Source of the DNA: Dimorphilus gyrociliatus
Lineage: Eukaryota; Animalia; Annelida
Reading direction: 5' to 3'
Length of the DNA: 64,000 nt
Assembly: GCA_904063045.1 (NCBI GenBank)
Contig: CAJFCJ010000015.1
Span: forward strand, 1,061,034-1,125,033
Positions 1-13,554 of this stretch are shown here, in pieces (position 1 is the stretch's first letter; every line of letters begins with the position of its first letter). Under the pieces are notes generated by a model. The model had not been told where the DNA came from and did not search any database. It saw only the letters and a program-made list of their open reading frames with translations. A program made the translations under genes and the position numbers.

Positions 1-62
1 AAATTTTTTCAACAGTCACTTTGACTATTATTTGCTTTATACATACTTGTTTATCGTTGTAG

Positions 63-786
63 ATCGCCAGTATCAAAAAGTAATTCGCGTCCCTCCTTAA
101 GCAAGAAGTTTGATGACTTAAAAACCGGTGCTAAAAATAAATTCTCCAAACTACGTAAAGCAATAAGCATGGACAAATTGAATAATACAAGATATAGCGA
201 TCATTATATTTTCGAAGAGTCGCCTATCATTCACGATCAAAATATGAAACGTAGTAAAACTAAATCTCTTCTCAACATAACTGAGAAGCTTGGTTTTAAG
301 AAGAAAACTAAAAAGTATATCTATTTCTTTTTACTTTAACTCTATGCTTTCATAAATTTCTTATCTTGATAACTTTTAAAATAGAACTAAGGGTATTGAA
401 TTACCAACTGGAAGACTGGTAACAGTTCACGGTGATGGAAGCCATCAAGTTGAACTTAGAAGACCTATGGGTCAACCTTTTGGCTTTTACATTGCTCAAG
501 GAAATCAGAAAACTAATGGTGGTTAGTAGAGATGCTCTTTCAATTTAACCAAATTCTAAAAATGTTTCTTCCAAATGTCTTAGGTCTATTTATTTCAAGA
601 ATAAGCCAAAACATCCCTCAGACAACTTTCGATGGCTTATTGAATCTAGGAGATGAAATTCTTATGATAAATAATATTCCAATAAAAAGAATGAATATAG
701 ATGATGTTTATGATATATTTGGTCGAGAATTTAGCATCGATCTTAGACTTTTACCATATTCCTCCAGAAAAGAAAACGTACTATAG
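63..786 (+). CDS. 3' part of a PDZ-domain protein (C-terminal PDZ, loosely Syd-1/Par6-like); 5' end lies before the window
   Basis: Exons 63-314, 385-521 and 584-786 join in frame across GT-AG introns: ...VELRRPMGQPFGFYIAQG..GLFISRI...LNLGDEILMINNIPIKRMNIDDV, a PDZ signature. Confidence 0.7.
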
Positions 787-1053
787 TCTATTTTTCTATG
801 TTTTCACGAAACTACTGCATCTTTCTGAATTTTTAAATACAATTTATATTCTAAATTGGAAACATTGTTCAATTATATATTTTAATTAAATTTATTCAAT
901 GTATCAACAATTTCTTGATTAAATCAAAAACATAAGGCAATTTATACAGGAATTATATATTTGGAATTAGTTGACAATATTAACGTTAACAGTAGAAATG
1001 GCATGCTATACACCCCAATGTAATTCATGTTGTACATTTATTTCTTTATTTAA

Positions 1054-1059
<6 letters not shown>

Positions 1060-1087
<28 letters not shown>
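1060..1087. repeat. (TA)n microsatellite
   Basis: Directly visible TA run. Confidence 0.95.
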
Positions 1088-1090
<3 letters not shown>

Positions 1091-1126
1091 ATTGTATATA
1101 ATTTTTATGATTATTTAAATAACTTG

Positions 1127-3395
1127 CTACCGTTTCTTTTGTTTTTGCTGAGGTTTAGCATTGCCTCCGAAGAACCCAGTAAGAGTTTCACTCAAGTCGA
1201 AGTTACTTTTTGGCGCCGTCAACATATTCATTTGCGATTGCATTTCCTGTAAATTAAATCTTTATGATGTATTGAAAAAAAAAATTGTACAATATTTACC
1301 TTTTGCGTTTCGGGATCTTGGGCATTCATTAGCTTTGGTAAAACCATAACCATCAGTAAAGGCAAAACCATCATCAAAACCTACAAGTTAGCAATATGAA
1401 AACTTTAAACATAAAAAATAAATAAAGAAAAAAAATAATATATACCATAGGATTGAATAGTAAATCGGAGACGCTCCATTTTTCTCTTTGTTGAAAGTAT
1501 GGTGCTTTTCCTTTTGCTTTCAATTTGAGTGGATATTTAATCTGGAAAGGACAAACATATTATGATATTAAAGAGTTTTGAACTCTAAGGACAAAGGCAA
1601 AGCAAATACGTATTCCCAAGAAACTCAAACTTACCGTCGATATATCATTCAACTTGACATTATTCAATCTTCTAGCTCTATGTTTTCCTTTCGCATTAAT
1701 ATCAACCCGTACTGGTTCGAAAGCGTAGTCAGGGTGAATAACTTCAACAACATAGGATCCCGATGGTAAATTATTGACAAAAAACGTACCATCGCTCCTA
1801 GAAAAGTGGAAATAATTTCATTAAGTGTTCATCAAGTGGCAGAGCAAATATAGTCTGTCTTTTTCAGATGATTAATCTATCAATTGAGTTAAAGATCGAT
1901 TGCATGTTTTGCCTTGAGGGTTTGTATTTAAAGTTATGGTACGTGTAAAACTTTCATTTGTAACTTAGAAGATGGCTACAAACGCTACAACGATTGATAA
2001 CGTACCCGATGTGATACATATTATACTACAAACATTGTTAGGTTTCGTAACAATCTTTGGTACTTTTGGTAACATTATTACGATTATTGCCGCTAGAACA
2101 ACCAGAAGTTTACACTCTACTCCCAATGTATACGTTATTAATTTGGCAATTTGTGATTCTTTCGTTTGTGCTATCATCATGCCTCTGTCAGCAATTAGCC
2201 TCGATTATAAATTTCCAGATCTAATGTGTAAATTAATTGGCTATCCAAATCTAGTGTTCTTACAGGTATCTGTTTTAAACTTGGGTCTAGTAGCTTTGAA
2301 CAGATATATTCTGGTTTGTCATTCAAGAGGAACGTACATGTCTATTTATGTGACCCGTAATGTAGCCTTGACAGTTGTAGGTAGTTGGGCAATCCCAGCT
2401 TTGTTATTTGCAAGTCCATTTATTGGTTTTGGAACTTATGGATACAACGTTAAATTTGGAGCTTGTATATTCATTGCTTACGATACAACATCTTATTGGT
2501 TTATATTTACTATGGCTGACTGTATAATAATATTCCCTACGTTACTGCTTACGTTATATTGTTATATAAAAATAATGGCTAAATTTAAAGAAAGTAAGAG
2601 TAAAGTTCAAGGAGGAAATACAACTATTGGTCAATCTTCCAGCCATGATAATGAACAATCGAAAATAGGGTATATTTAAAAATATCAACTTAAATTTTCA
2701 TTTAAATCATTACTCCTTTCAGAGAGAACTTACAAGCCGGTTCAAAGGCAGATAAAAGTTCGCACAAACAATTAAGAACACTTGTAAAAAACTTATTTGT
2801 AGTTTGGATTACATTTTTAACATTTTGGTTTCCTTTCATCTTTATATACAAAATTGACTATCATGGAAGTCTACCAGCTACTCTGTATTCTATCTTTTTT
2901 GTTATTGCACAGTGTAATTCGGGGGTGAACTTTATTATTTATGCTTGTATGAATAATACGTACAAAAATGCCTATAAAAGATTACTGCTTTGCAGAGGAT
3001 TGTATTCTAATAACTAAACCTATAAGTTTTTATCAGTGTCATGATGTTGTGATTTAGCACAAATTTGCAAATTAAAATGAACATTTTTCTAACACATGAA
3101 AAACTCTGTCTATCATCGTTTTATTATTTTCATGGTATTGTTTGATTGTTGTTTCCTAAAAATGTTAATTCATTTTGTTTAAAACGTTAACTTACTTTAA
3201 AAATCCCAAATATCGTCCGCCATCAGCGAGTACCCTAGTTGATGAAATCCATTCCTGTTCACTAGGAAACGGGAGGAGGACCTTTCCTTCTATTGAATAT
3301 CTTTGAAAGTCAATAATTTCTTCTTTATCACATTTTATAGTATATAATAAACCAAAAATGCAAAGATTGACGAGAATTTGTTTATACCATGCCAT
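1127..3395 (-). CDS. EMC7: ER membrane protein complex subunit 7
   Basis: Five exons (3395-3196, 1797-1635, 1541-1446, 1380-1300, 1246-1127) with consistent phases. Signal peptide, DGTFFVNNLPSGSYVVEV..PVRVDIN.KGK.RAR, W..SDLLFNPM|VLMMVLPLL and EMQSQMNML all match EMC7. Confidence 0.92.
1972..3017 (+). CDS. Class A GPCR (melatonin/GPR84/moody-like), nested in EMC7 intron 1
   Basis: Exons 1972-2669 and 2723-3017 give seven hydrophobic segments: GNIITI (TM1), NLAICD (TM2), ALNRY (TM3), WAIP (TM4), FP (TM5), FWFP (TM6), NSGVNFIIY (TM7). Confidence 0.88.
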
Positions 3396-3484
3396 TTCTA
3401 AAGTCTATGAACGTATGAAGTGTGACTAAAAAATACTCGATTCAAAAGTAAAAAAACACATTTGCAATGACGGGAAGCGGATGT

Positions 3485-3499
3485 GCATTCCCCGGCAAC
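3485..3499 (+). promoter_or_regulatory. Candidate degenerate RFX X-box just upstream of IFT46
   Basis: gcattccccGGCAAC has a perfect RGYAAC half-site ending 11 nt before the ATG of a ciliary gene; the 5' half is poor. Confidence 0.4.
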
Positions 3500-3510
3500 C
3501 AAATAAACTG

Positions 3511-5741
3511 ATGGCAAGTGAAGAAGAAAATCAAGCCGTAAGTATTGTTTATAAAATATATTCGGAATAAGCTCTCATGTTTTATTTTTTGTGGAAAATA
3601 ATATATACCTATATGAAATAGTTGACATGAGTTTGTATTTTTAAATTCAATGTTACTTTACGCATTACAATTTCCAGCCCCTATCGCATAAAAATCAGAT
3701 GTACGATGAATCCTTAGAAGTTCCAGACGCAGAAGACGTCCCTTCGTTGTGTACACCATCGCCTAACATGGCTTCAATCGGAAATCAAGGTGATATTAAT
3801 CACCTGAACAAACTTTTTTTTATCCTTCATCTTGCACTTTTGTACAATATAAGTTATTTAAATATTTGTATATAACTAAGTTTTATTCTTTTGCGAAGAA
3901 TGGATGCTAGTTGCAGTATTATGAATCCGTCTTTCAAAATAAGATCTATCTGTTTTTTTACGTTTGCAGTGGTTCCTCTTATTGTTGTCAATAGTTCAGT
4001 AGGATATCATAAAGCGCTAAGATCTTATTGAAATGTAAAAATATGCGATACAGACTTTTTATTCATTATTTTCGGTATGGCATGAATCACCCACGTCTAT
4101 TGATATCTTGAAATTAACACCTTTCGTTAGAATTGCATTCATAAATCCCAATCTGAACGTTATCATCAATGTTTCATATTTATGCTTTTTGTGACGTCAA
4201 TCTACATAGTCTAACCTTCAACATTTCAAATCTTAAAGAAACGACTCTATAGCTAGCTCATTGGTTTATTTCGACCAATCTGAGTTGCTTTTCTAAATAT
4301 TTAATTGACATTCGATAGCAATTAAAATTCCTAGCAAAATTCAGTTGAGTTCAGTCAGCTATATTGTTACTTTGCTTAAAGTTTCCATACATAAATATAC
4401 GTATATACGGTCAAATTTGGATTTCATTTCAGACGATAACGACTCAGACGAAACAATCGGAAATTCTCCTCACCCAGACTCCAGAATGGACAACTCAATA
4501 ACATCAGAAAATGAACAACCAGGATTAGATCTGAAACAAAAAGTTATTTACGTTCAAATATTTTGTGGCGCCTTTCTTGTAAATATATAACTACTGTACA
4601 GAAATTTCAACCTTCTAATTTAAAAGACGATGATAATGACTCTGGATCGTCATTAGCTGATGATGATGATGAAGAAGATGACGAAGATGATGATGGAGCC
4701 GAGGCTGCATTTGAAGGGTTAATATACATTTTCCTTTTTCAATTTTAAATATACTTTCAAAGATTTCGAAACAAATAGAGCATACGATCCCGACGAATAC
4801 TCAAATTTGCCAGTTTCAGCCGAAATAAGCGATCTCTTTCAATATATCACAAGATATACTCCACAAACAATTGAGCTAGATCACTGTCTAAAACCGTTTA
4901 TTCCCGATTTTATACCGTCAGTTGGTGACATTGACGCCTTTATCAAAGTAAGTTCAGAGTTAAAATGCTCAATGAGATTGTAATAAATATACGAAATTGT
5001 ATTCTCTCAATCAGGTACCTAGGCCAGATGGAATTGATGAGAAGCTTGGTCTTCTAATTTTGGATGAGCCATGTGCAAAACAAAGCGATCCTGTTGTATT
5101 AGAAATGCAAATTCGATCTAAATCGAAACATACTCATGCCAAATCGATGATTGTAAAGAATATCGATAATGCAAGAAAGGATCCAAAAGCAATAGATAAT
5201 TGGTGTAAAAGTATTGCAGATATTAGAAAAACTCAACCACCACCCACAGTTCATTATTCCAGAAATATGCCCAATATTGATACTCTTATGGAGGAGTGGC
5301 CACCTGAATTTGAAGAACTTCTCAAAGAAGTAATTAATAAAATTATTAGTCATTGAGCTAAATTATTAATATAAATCATTTATTTTAATTTAGATAAAAC
5401 TACCATCAGCGGATTTGGACTCTGATCTTAAAACCTACACAGATATGATTTGTGGTAAACAAAAGTTCATAACTAGAATAATCTTATTAATTAAGAGATT
5501 TTTCTTTCCCTCTATTATTAGCCATATTGGATATTCCGATCTATAAGAATAGAATTCAGTCCCTTCATGTATTATTTACACTGTTTTCAGAATTTAAAAA
5601 TTCTCAGGTAAATTTTCTTTCCAATTGAAAATTGATTTTACTGATATACTGCTTTAATCACAACAGCATTTCCGAAACCTGGCCGCTGATAATAAACTGG
5701 ACAATGCATTAAAAGATCAAGAAGAGAGACTAGTTTTATAA
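3511..5741 (+). CDS. IFT46: Intraflagellar transport protein 46
   Basis: Multi-exon gene with an acidic N-terminus and GAYDPDEYSNLPVSAEISDLFQYITRYTPQ..LKPFIPDFIPSVGDIDAFIK|VPRPDG..LGLLILDEP...MPNIDTLMEEWP; stop at 5739-5741. Confidence 0.93.
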
Positions 5742-6500
5742 GAGATTAATATACAAAAATACCACAAAGAAAACTCTTTCTATCCAATTAGCTTGTAAAA
5801 GAAAGTTAATACTTTACTATTTAATTATTGTAATGGAATTAAGAAAAGAATATCGTATTTCCTTCTGAATCAATAAATTGCAAAAGAAAAACAAAATATT
5901 TTGTGTATTCATACAACTTTGCAGACATTTATTATGGATTTATTATAAACAATGGATCTTTCTTATCGTTATTATGCTTAGTACAATGCTTCAACATTTT
6001 CAAAATCCAATGGGTATGTCTATTTATGGTGAAGGAAAATAATTAGAAAAAATTGAAATTTCAAATACATAATAGGGAAAATATTTTTTAATAAACGCTT
6101 TAAACTGTTTTAAAACAAACTTATTTTATTGCAAAAGTCCGAAATTGAATATAGCAATTTCCGTCTGTAGTTTAGGTATATCGTACGTGCGAGATTCTCG
6201 TCCTTTTTTCCGAGAGCTGCTTCTGCGGAGTGGCTACAAAGTAAGTTAGACATTATCACATTTATACTTTATGTAATTTGGACTTTGAAGCTAATTTTAG
6301 AATTGTTAATATGCATTTATATAAATACTAAATATCTGGTTGTATAAATTAATGAAAAAAATATTGTTGACGTTGCAAATGCGTTTTGATGATTACCACG
6401 TGTTAGGTTGCCGGCATTTTGTAACATTACACTTTAATTTTTCTGTTTTAACTACAGTTTAATTTGAAAAGAAGTTAAGGAAGCATAAGATAGCGAAAAA

Positions 6501-9475
6501 ATGTCCAAGTTTTTCGCCGCTTCGGACTCGGATAGCGAGACTTCGAGTGATGAAATGATTCAAGACCACCGCCAAATACGAACTCAGGCGTAAGTTAGGA
6601 GTCAAAATTAACAATATGTAGTTCTATAGAACTATCAACAACAGGGTTACGTACCAATGGAGTGACTCTGAAGATGAAGAAAAGAGAGTTGTTCGAAGCA
6701 TGAAAGATAAGAGGTAGAGTTACTTTTATTTTTATATATAATGCACCATTAAATGCTGACTTTTCGACCTATGTTTGGCTTGAAGTCAGTAAGCAACGAC
6801 CGGTGCAAAAGCAATACACTTTTCAAAACTCGTTTAGTAAATACAATTTTACTGAACGAATCCTGTCAAAGTGAACACGTGTAGTTAAGGCATTTTCCGA
6901 AAAATTTCATTTCAAAATGTAATCTTTTTTATATCATTCAGATTCGATGAAATTAAGAATGTCATCAAACATGTGACAAATCATAAAAAAATTAAAGATA
7001 TGGCGAAAGTCTTATCCAGTTTTGAAGATTTGTGCAAGGTTTATGAAAAATCAAGAAGGGTTTTGGAGAAAGAATCAATTTCAACGCCAAGGTTTTTCAT
7101 TAAATGCCTGGCAGAATTGGAAGACTTTATTAACGAGGTTTGGGAAGATAAGGAGGGCAAGAAACTAATGAGCAAAAATAATGCCAAAAGTTTGACAGCT
7201 TTAAGACAAAAATTTCGTAAATTTCTGAAGCAAAGTTTTGAGAATGAAGTCAATAATTATAGAGCAGCACCAGATGGGGAAGAAGTGGAAGAAGAAAGCG
7301 AAGAAGGTGATCAAGAAAAGGTCGACACCGTTGTTCCCAAGGAAGAAGTTCCCAAAGGTAAATAATGGGAATGCAGTCAACAGGATTTCTCAAAGTTATT
7401 CAATTTTTCAGAAATTCCAGAGGAACAGTCCGATTCCGATTCTTGGTTTGAAAGTTCTTCGTCTGAAGAGTCCAGCGATGACGATCCAGAAAATTTGACT
7501 CTTGAATACTTCAGAAAGAATCGTACGGCTGATGGAGATTCAAAGAAGAAAAAAACTGAGAAAAAGAAAAAGCCCAAAGAATTCAAACCGATTCGTGATA
7601 GCGATGAGGAATGGACTGAAGTTACATCGGTGGAACGACCTAAATTATTCCCTAAAGATGCAGAGATCACCATAGAAGCTGTACTAAAAAAAATGGTTGA
7701 ATTTGTTGCAACAAGAGGGAAAAAAGGCACAGACAGATATCAAATGGTAGAAGTATTGGTTGAACTAAGAAAAATTTGTTTTGCACATAATTTAGGAGAT
7801 GGAATTCAAATAAAAATTCTATTCTCCTTGCTGCCTGCTATTTTTGATTACAATCCAAACATGGCCACTTGCATGAAAAGCGAAATGTGGGAACAAACCC
7901 TGATTTGTATGGAAGAACTTATGGAATTACTAGAATGTAATCCCGATATTCATGTTGGTGAGCATATTCCGGAAGATTCAGAATGTCTAGAAGGCGAAGT
8001 TCGCATTCGAGGCTCTATTTTATCACTCGTTGAAAGACTAGATGAAGAATTTACTAAAATGCTACAATCTGTTGATGCTCATAGCACAGACTATGTAGAA
8101 AGATTAAGGTAAGTCATCTATAGTCTTGTTTTAGCTCATTTTCACTAAATTCCCTGTACTTTACAGAGATGAACGAAAAGTTTACGAACTAATTGTTCGT
8201 ACTGAGAAGTATATAGAATCTAAATTCTATACAACATCCGATGAAATATGTAGAATATACCTAAAGAGAATAGAATATATCCACTATAAATTTGATGCCA
8301 AAGTTGTTGACGACCCCAGCAAGTTAACTGAAGAAGACGATCCTGTGAAAATAATGGATAGATTAAGTAAATATATATATACAAAGGATATGACAGATAG
8401 AATTAGAACGAGGGCAATCTTATGCCAGATTTACCATCATGCCATTCATGATAAATGGTTTGAGGCCAGAGATTTAATGTTAATGTCCCATCTACAAGAC
8501 ACAATCGCTCATTCCGATGTTCCTACTCAGATACTATATAATCGTGCAATGGTTCAATTAGGACTTTGTGCGTTTAGGCAAGGACACATTAAAGATGCTC
8601 ATAATTGTTTAGTAGATATGCAAAGTGGAGGTAGATCTAAGGAGCTTTTGGCTCAAGGTTTATTGATGCAAAGAGCCCATGAAAGAACAGCAGAACAAGA
8701 AAAGCTTGAAAAGAGACGCCAAATACCTTACCATCGACACATTAATCTTGAACTGTTGGAGTGCGTCTATCTTATATCTGCAATGCTGTTAGAGGTACCA
8801 TACTTAGCCGCACACGAATTAGACGCAAGAAGGAGAATGATATCTAAAAATTTTCATCACGTTCTAAGACTTTCTGAAAAACAAGCTGTAGTAGGACCTC
8901 CTGAAACTATGAGGGAACACATTGTTGCGGCTTCAAAAGCAATGAAGGTTGGAGACTGGTTGGCATGCAAACAATATTTAATTAATGAAAAGATGCAGCA
9001 AAAAGTCTGGTCTCTCATCCACAAATCGACAGCAGTTAAATCTATGTTAGAAAGAAAAATACAAGAAGAAAGCCTTAGGACTTATCTATTTACATATGCT
9101 CATGTATATAACTCATTATCCCTTGAGTCGGTCTGTTTTCAATTTGAGTTACCAATGTCTGTAGTTCACTCAATAATCTCTAAAATGATCATTAACGAGG
9201 AGCTGATGGCTTCTCTTGATGAGCCAACTAAAACTCTTGTAATGCACAGGACAGAGCCAACACATGTTCAGGCACTATGCTTGCAATTGTCTGAAAAAGT
9301 GTCAAATTTAATTGAAACAAATGAAAAATTAGCGGAAATGAAACATGGAAGCTATTTTTTCAAACAAAATAACTCTAATTCAGGGCAACAACAAAATAGA
9401 CAAAATGAAGATTATCCCAGAAGATCTCAAACACAACAAAGGGGAGATAGGCAAAGAAATGTTAGATTTGCCTAA
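6501..9475 (+). CDS. EIF3C: Eukaryotic translation initiation factor 3 subunit C
   Basis: [13 protein letters not shown] start, [55 protein letters not shown] and a C-terminal PCI domain; spliced across short GT-AG introns. Confidence 0.96.
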
Positions 9476-9835
9476 TTCAATTTCCATAAAATTACGTTCT
9501 TATATTACACATTTTCGTTATTTATTATTTAAATACAGCACACCAGATGCCTGAAATGTATTTGCATACTTTTTTTTAGATTGTTTAATATACATACATT
9601 TTATTTTTTTTTTCAATAAATTATTACCGAAGAAAACATTTATTCAATATAATGACTCGTAAATGTGAGATTATTACATTAACTCTTCCTTGAGTGGACG
9701 AAATTGTAGAATTTTAATGGATGAGAATCGTTTTGCGCTAAACATGGACACCGCGATTTAATGGACACATTATCGGTGTTTTGTTCATGTCACTGGTTTC
9801 TTAACAAAAATTGGGCAATTTGAGGCTTGGGAAAA

Positions 9836-10750
<915 letters not shown>

Positions 10751-11037
10751 TTTGTTTTAATTAACTCAATTGTTTAATTTCTGATTTTAAAAAAGTTATA
10801 GTTTGTTGATAATAAATTAAATAGGAATTTCCCTGTGTACCACACAAATAAAATCTGTTTATCATACAATCTTAAGAAAAATAATAAATAAGAGAGATAT
10901 TTTATCCGATAGATGGGGCTTTTGGGAAAATACTGAGTCTAATTTTCGATAAGTGCATTTAAGTCGTAGAATTGCACAAGTGGATGATATTTTGTATTAT
11001 TATTTAATTCTGAGACGTTTTAAGAAACAACCAAGAT

Positions 11038-11890
11038 ATGAGACCTGATCATCATAAAAAACGAAAAAATTATAGATATAAAAAGGCTCATGGAATAGTA
11101 GATCAGAAAGAAGAAAGCACAGACTCAAAGGAAACCACTAATAACAAGTCAAAGAAGACGAAATCAAATAAAAAGCCAAAGAAACCCGAGAAAAAACCTA
11201 TTGAAAAAGTTCCTGAGAATGACAAAGAAAAAGAGAAGAATGATGACGATCCCAAAGCAGAAGGTGATGAATCTGAAGCTGAAGACTTTAGAAAACGTGA
11301 AATATGCAGTAATTGGTCGAAGTATGAAGAGCCGTCAAGTGAAGAGGTGGAAGATGAAGAAGACGAAGATGATGATTATTCGGATGACGATTTCGATTTA
11401 CAGGCCATGATAGATAAAGGCACTAAAAAATTTCAGGTGGAGGAAAATAAATCATGGGTAAGAGAAATGGAAGAGAAAGACGCTGAACCTCTTAACTTGG
11501 ACGATTTCAATAAAGAATTCTTTGAAGTATTAACACTTTATTGATTGCGAGAGTATTAACGCTCTAACCTACTTTTGTTTTTATTTTCATTAGGAGGAAG
11601 CTGATAGAGAATTCATCGAACGAGCTAAACTAGACTACGAAAGTAAAGAGGAAACAACTATAACCAAAGAAGAACCCGATGAATTGGATATTTTATTAAG
11701 GGCAACCGAATCAACAATAAAAGAAGCCGATAATAATGATATAGACGATTTACTAAATACTTTAGCAATTAAAAGCGAACCTTCAAAATTAACTGCAGAG
11801 CACAAGCATCCAACAAGAAATTTGATAAATACCAACCAACAAACAATGGACGATTTCTTGGATTCATTAGATAAAGTTATTGATTCATAG
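11038..11890 (+). CDS. AVEN: Cell death regulator Aven-like protein
   Basis: Exons 11038-11526 and 11594-11890. MRPDHHKKRK N-terminus, FRKREICSNWSKYEE (compare Aven RKIVSNWDRY) and C-terminal MDDFLDSL (compare LEDWLDSM). Confidence 0.62.
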
Positions 11891-13554
11891 CAATGTAATC
11901 TTTTAAATCATTAAAATTCCAATATTTAATTACAAAACATTGTTTTTATTAGTAAAATTTCAAATTAAAACTATCTCTTAAATATTGAATACGATATCCA
12001 TTTAAATTTTCAACTTAACTGTTAAGTGATTGGCTCTCAAACGAAACTTAGCATGACATACAAAACTGCTAGCTTAAATCAATAGTGTTTAGATGTTAAA
12101 CTGCCTACAAACAATAGATCATTTATGACAGTAAAGCGATGTCCAGAATATAATAGTTATATTTACTTTCGTGTAATATTTTGTTACTTTAAATGGATAG
12201 GACTAATTATTTCGTGTATATATTCAATTTCTTATAATAAAAGAGAAAATCTACTATAATTAAGCATTTATATTCTAATTAAATAAGTGAAAGCTAATTC
12301 AAGTGATTATCTATGTTGTTGTTTATTTGTGTATGTGTGTTCTTTTTTGCAATATGTTGTCTTTTAATGAAATCTTGTATATCCGATTTCCAACTCCTCA
12401 TCAGTGAAGTTTTGATAAGATAGATATAGGTAAAAAGCTACTGGAATATCGTCTATAGGAATTAATGAGAAATACTTTAATATCTTTAGTATCACAGCAA
12501 ATCGTCTACCTCCACTGCGAGGAAGGCGTATGCCTTGATGGAAAAGGCCCAACATAGTTAAATTTTACAGAATACATCGTCATTCGAGCAGAAATCTAGA
12601 AATGGTATAGGCTTATTAAATTGTATACTTACCTCTTCTAAGCCTGATGGATCGAGTAGTATTAGAGTGTCCAAAAATTTAACTGTAAGGAACGTTTTGA
12701 TGATGTGAAAATTTTTATATATAGAAGATTTATCAATGACAAACATGCAAGGAATTCCACAATGAATGAATTTCTTATATTAGACTCTAAATTAAAATAA
12801 ATTCTTTGTTATTTGCTTTTTATAGGAATCTTCCATCACTAGATTCGTTAATTCATATAAAATTCCTATAATGTCATAAGCGAAACAATTGATACACTTT
12901 AATTTGGAGATAAATTGCAGTAGTGCTATCATTTAAATAAGGATATTTATTGTTTGTTCAATCTCTATCTTCTCTATAACTCTCTGGTAGACTTGCAGTT
13001 TGATATATGAAACTATATGATCAAAAGTACAACAACCATTCACTATATATCTTTTTCTTCTACTCTTCCTCATTCTCTTCTTAAGAAAAAGGTATCTTTT
13101 CTTTCTTTATATAGTATTACTATTTATATAAAATACGTAGTTGTTTTTGTAACGTTATTCTTATTATTATCATTTTTTTATATCCTATAATCTCTGTCTT
13201 TTTAAGGAAATGTTTACTATTTTCTAAAACTTTGTTGTTTTTTTTTTAAAAAAACATTTTTCATTTTATTATGATTTGTGTTTAACGATAAGATGGAAAT
13301 AAATATTTCGTTTTCTATTGGACTGTTTGCTTTCAAGTTAAACTATCAATGACAATTTTTAGCGGGCGTTATTCGTAAAAGTAGACAAATAGAGAAAAAA
13401 GAAACGAAGTTGATGAAAAGAAAAAAATAGCCCAAGGCGAACGTCATAGACGGACTTGTTATAAAGAGACGCCGTTCGCATACACACAGTCTTTTCTATT
13501 CGCCGACAGCAGGAAGTTGGCTTCGCTATTTACCAGCGTCTCTTTAGTTATAAG

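Noticed and set aside
971-1252. 93-aa ORF on the + strand
   Set aside because: Runs through a (TA)n tract and is antisense to the last EMC7 exon.
1972-3017. Nested GPCR as the ortholog of CHRM5 (the human EMC7 neighbour)
   Set aside because: It has no DRY, no TM3 Asp and no long ICL3, so it is not muscarinic-like.
3900-4031. 43-aa ORF (MDASCSIMNPSFKIRSICFFTFAVVPLIVV...) in an IFT46 intron
   Set aside because: Length expected by chance; it cannot be spliced in frame into IFT46; no homology recognised.
12360-12750. Slightly GC-richer island with short ORFs on both strands
   Set aside because: The minus-strand splice needs a 37-nt intron (shorter than any other seen here), upstream frames hit stops, and there is no recognisable motif. 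It could be a degenerate gene or UTR, but I cannot support a call.
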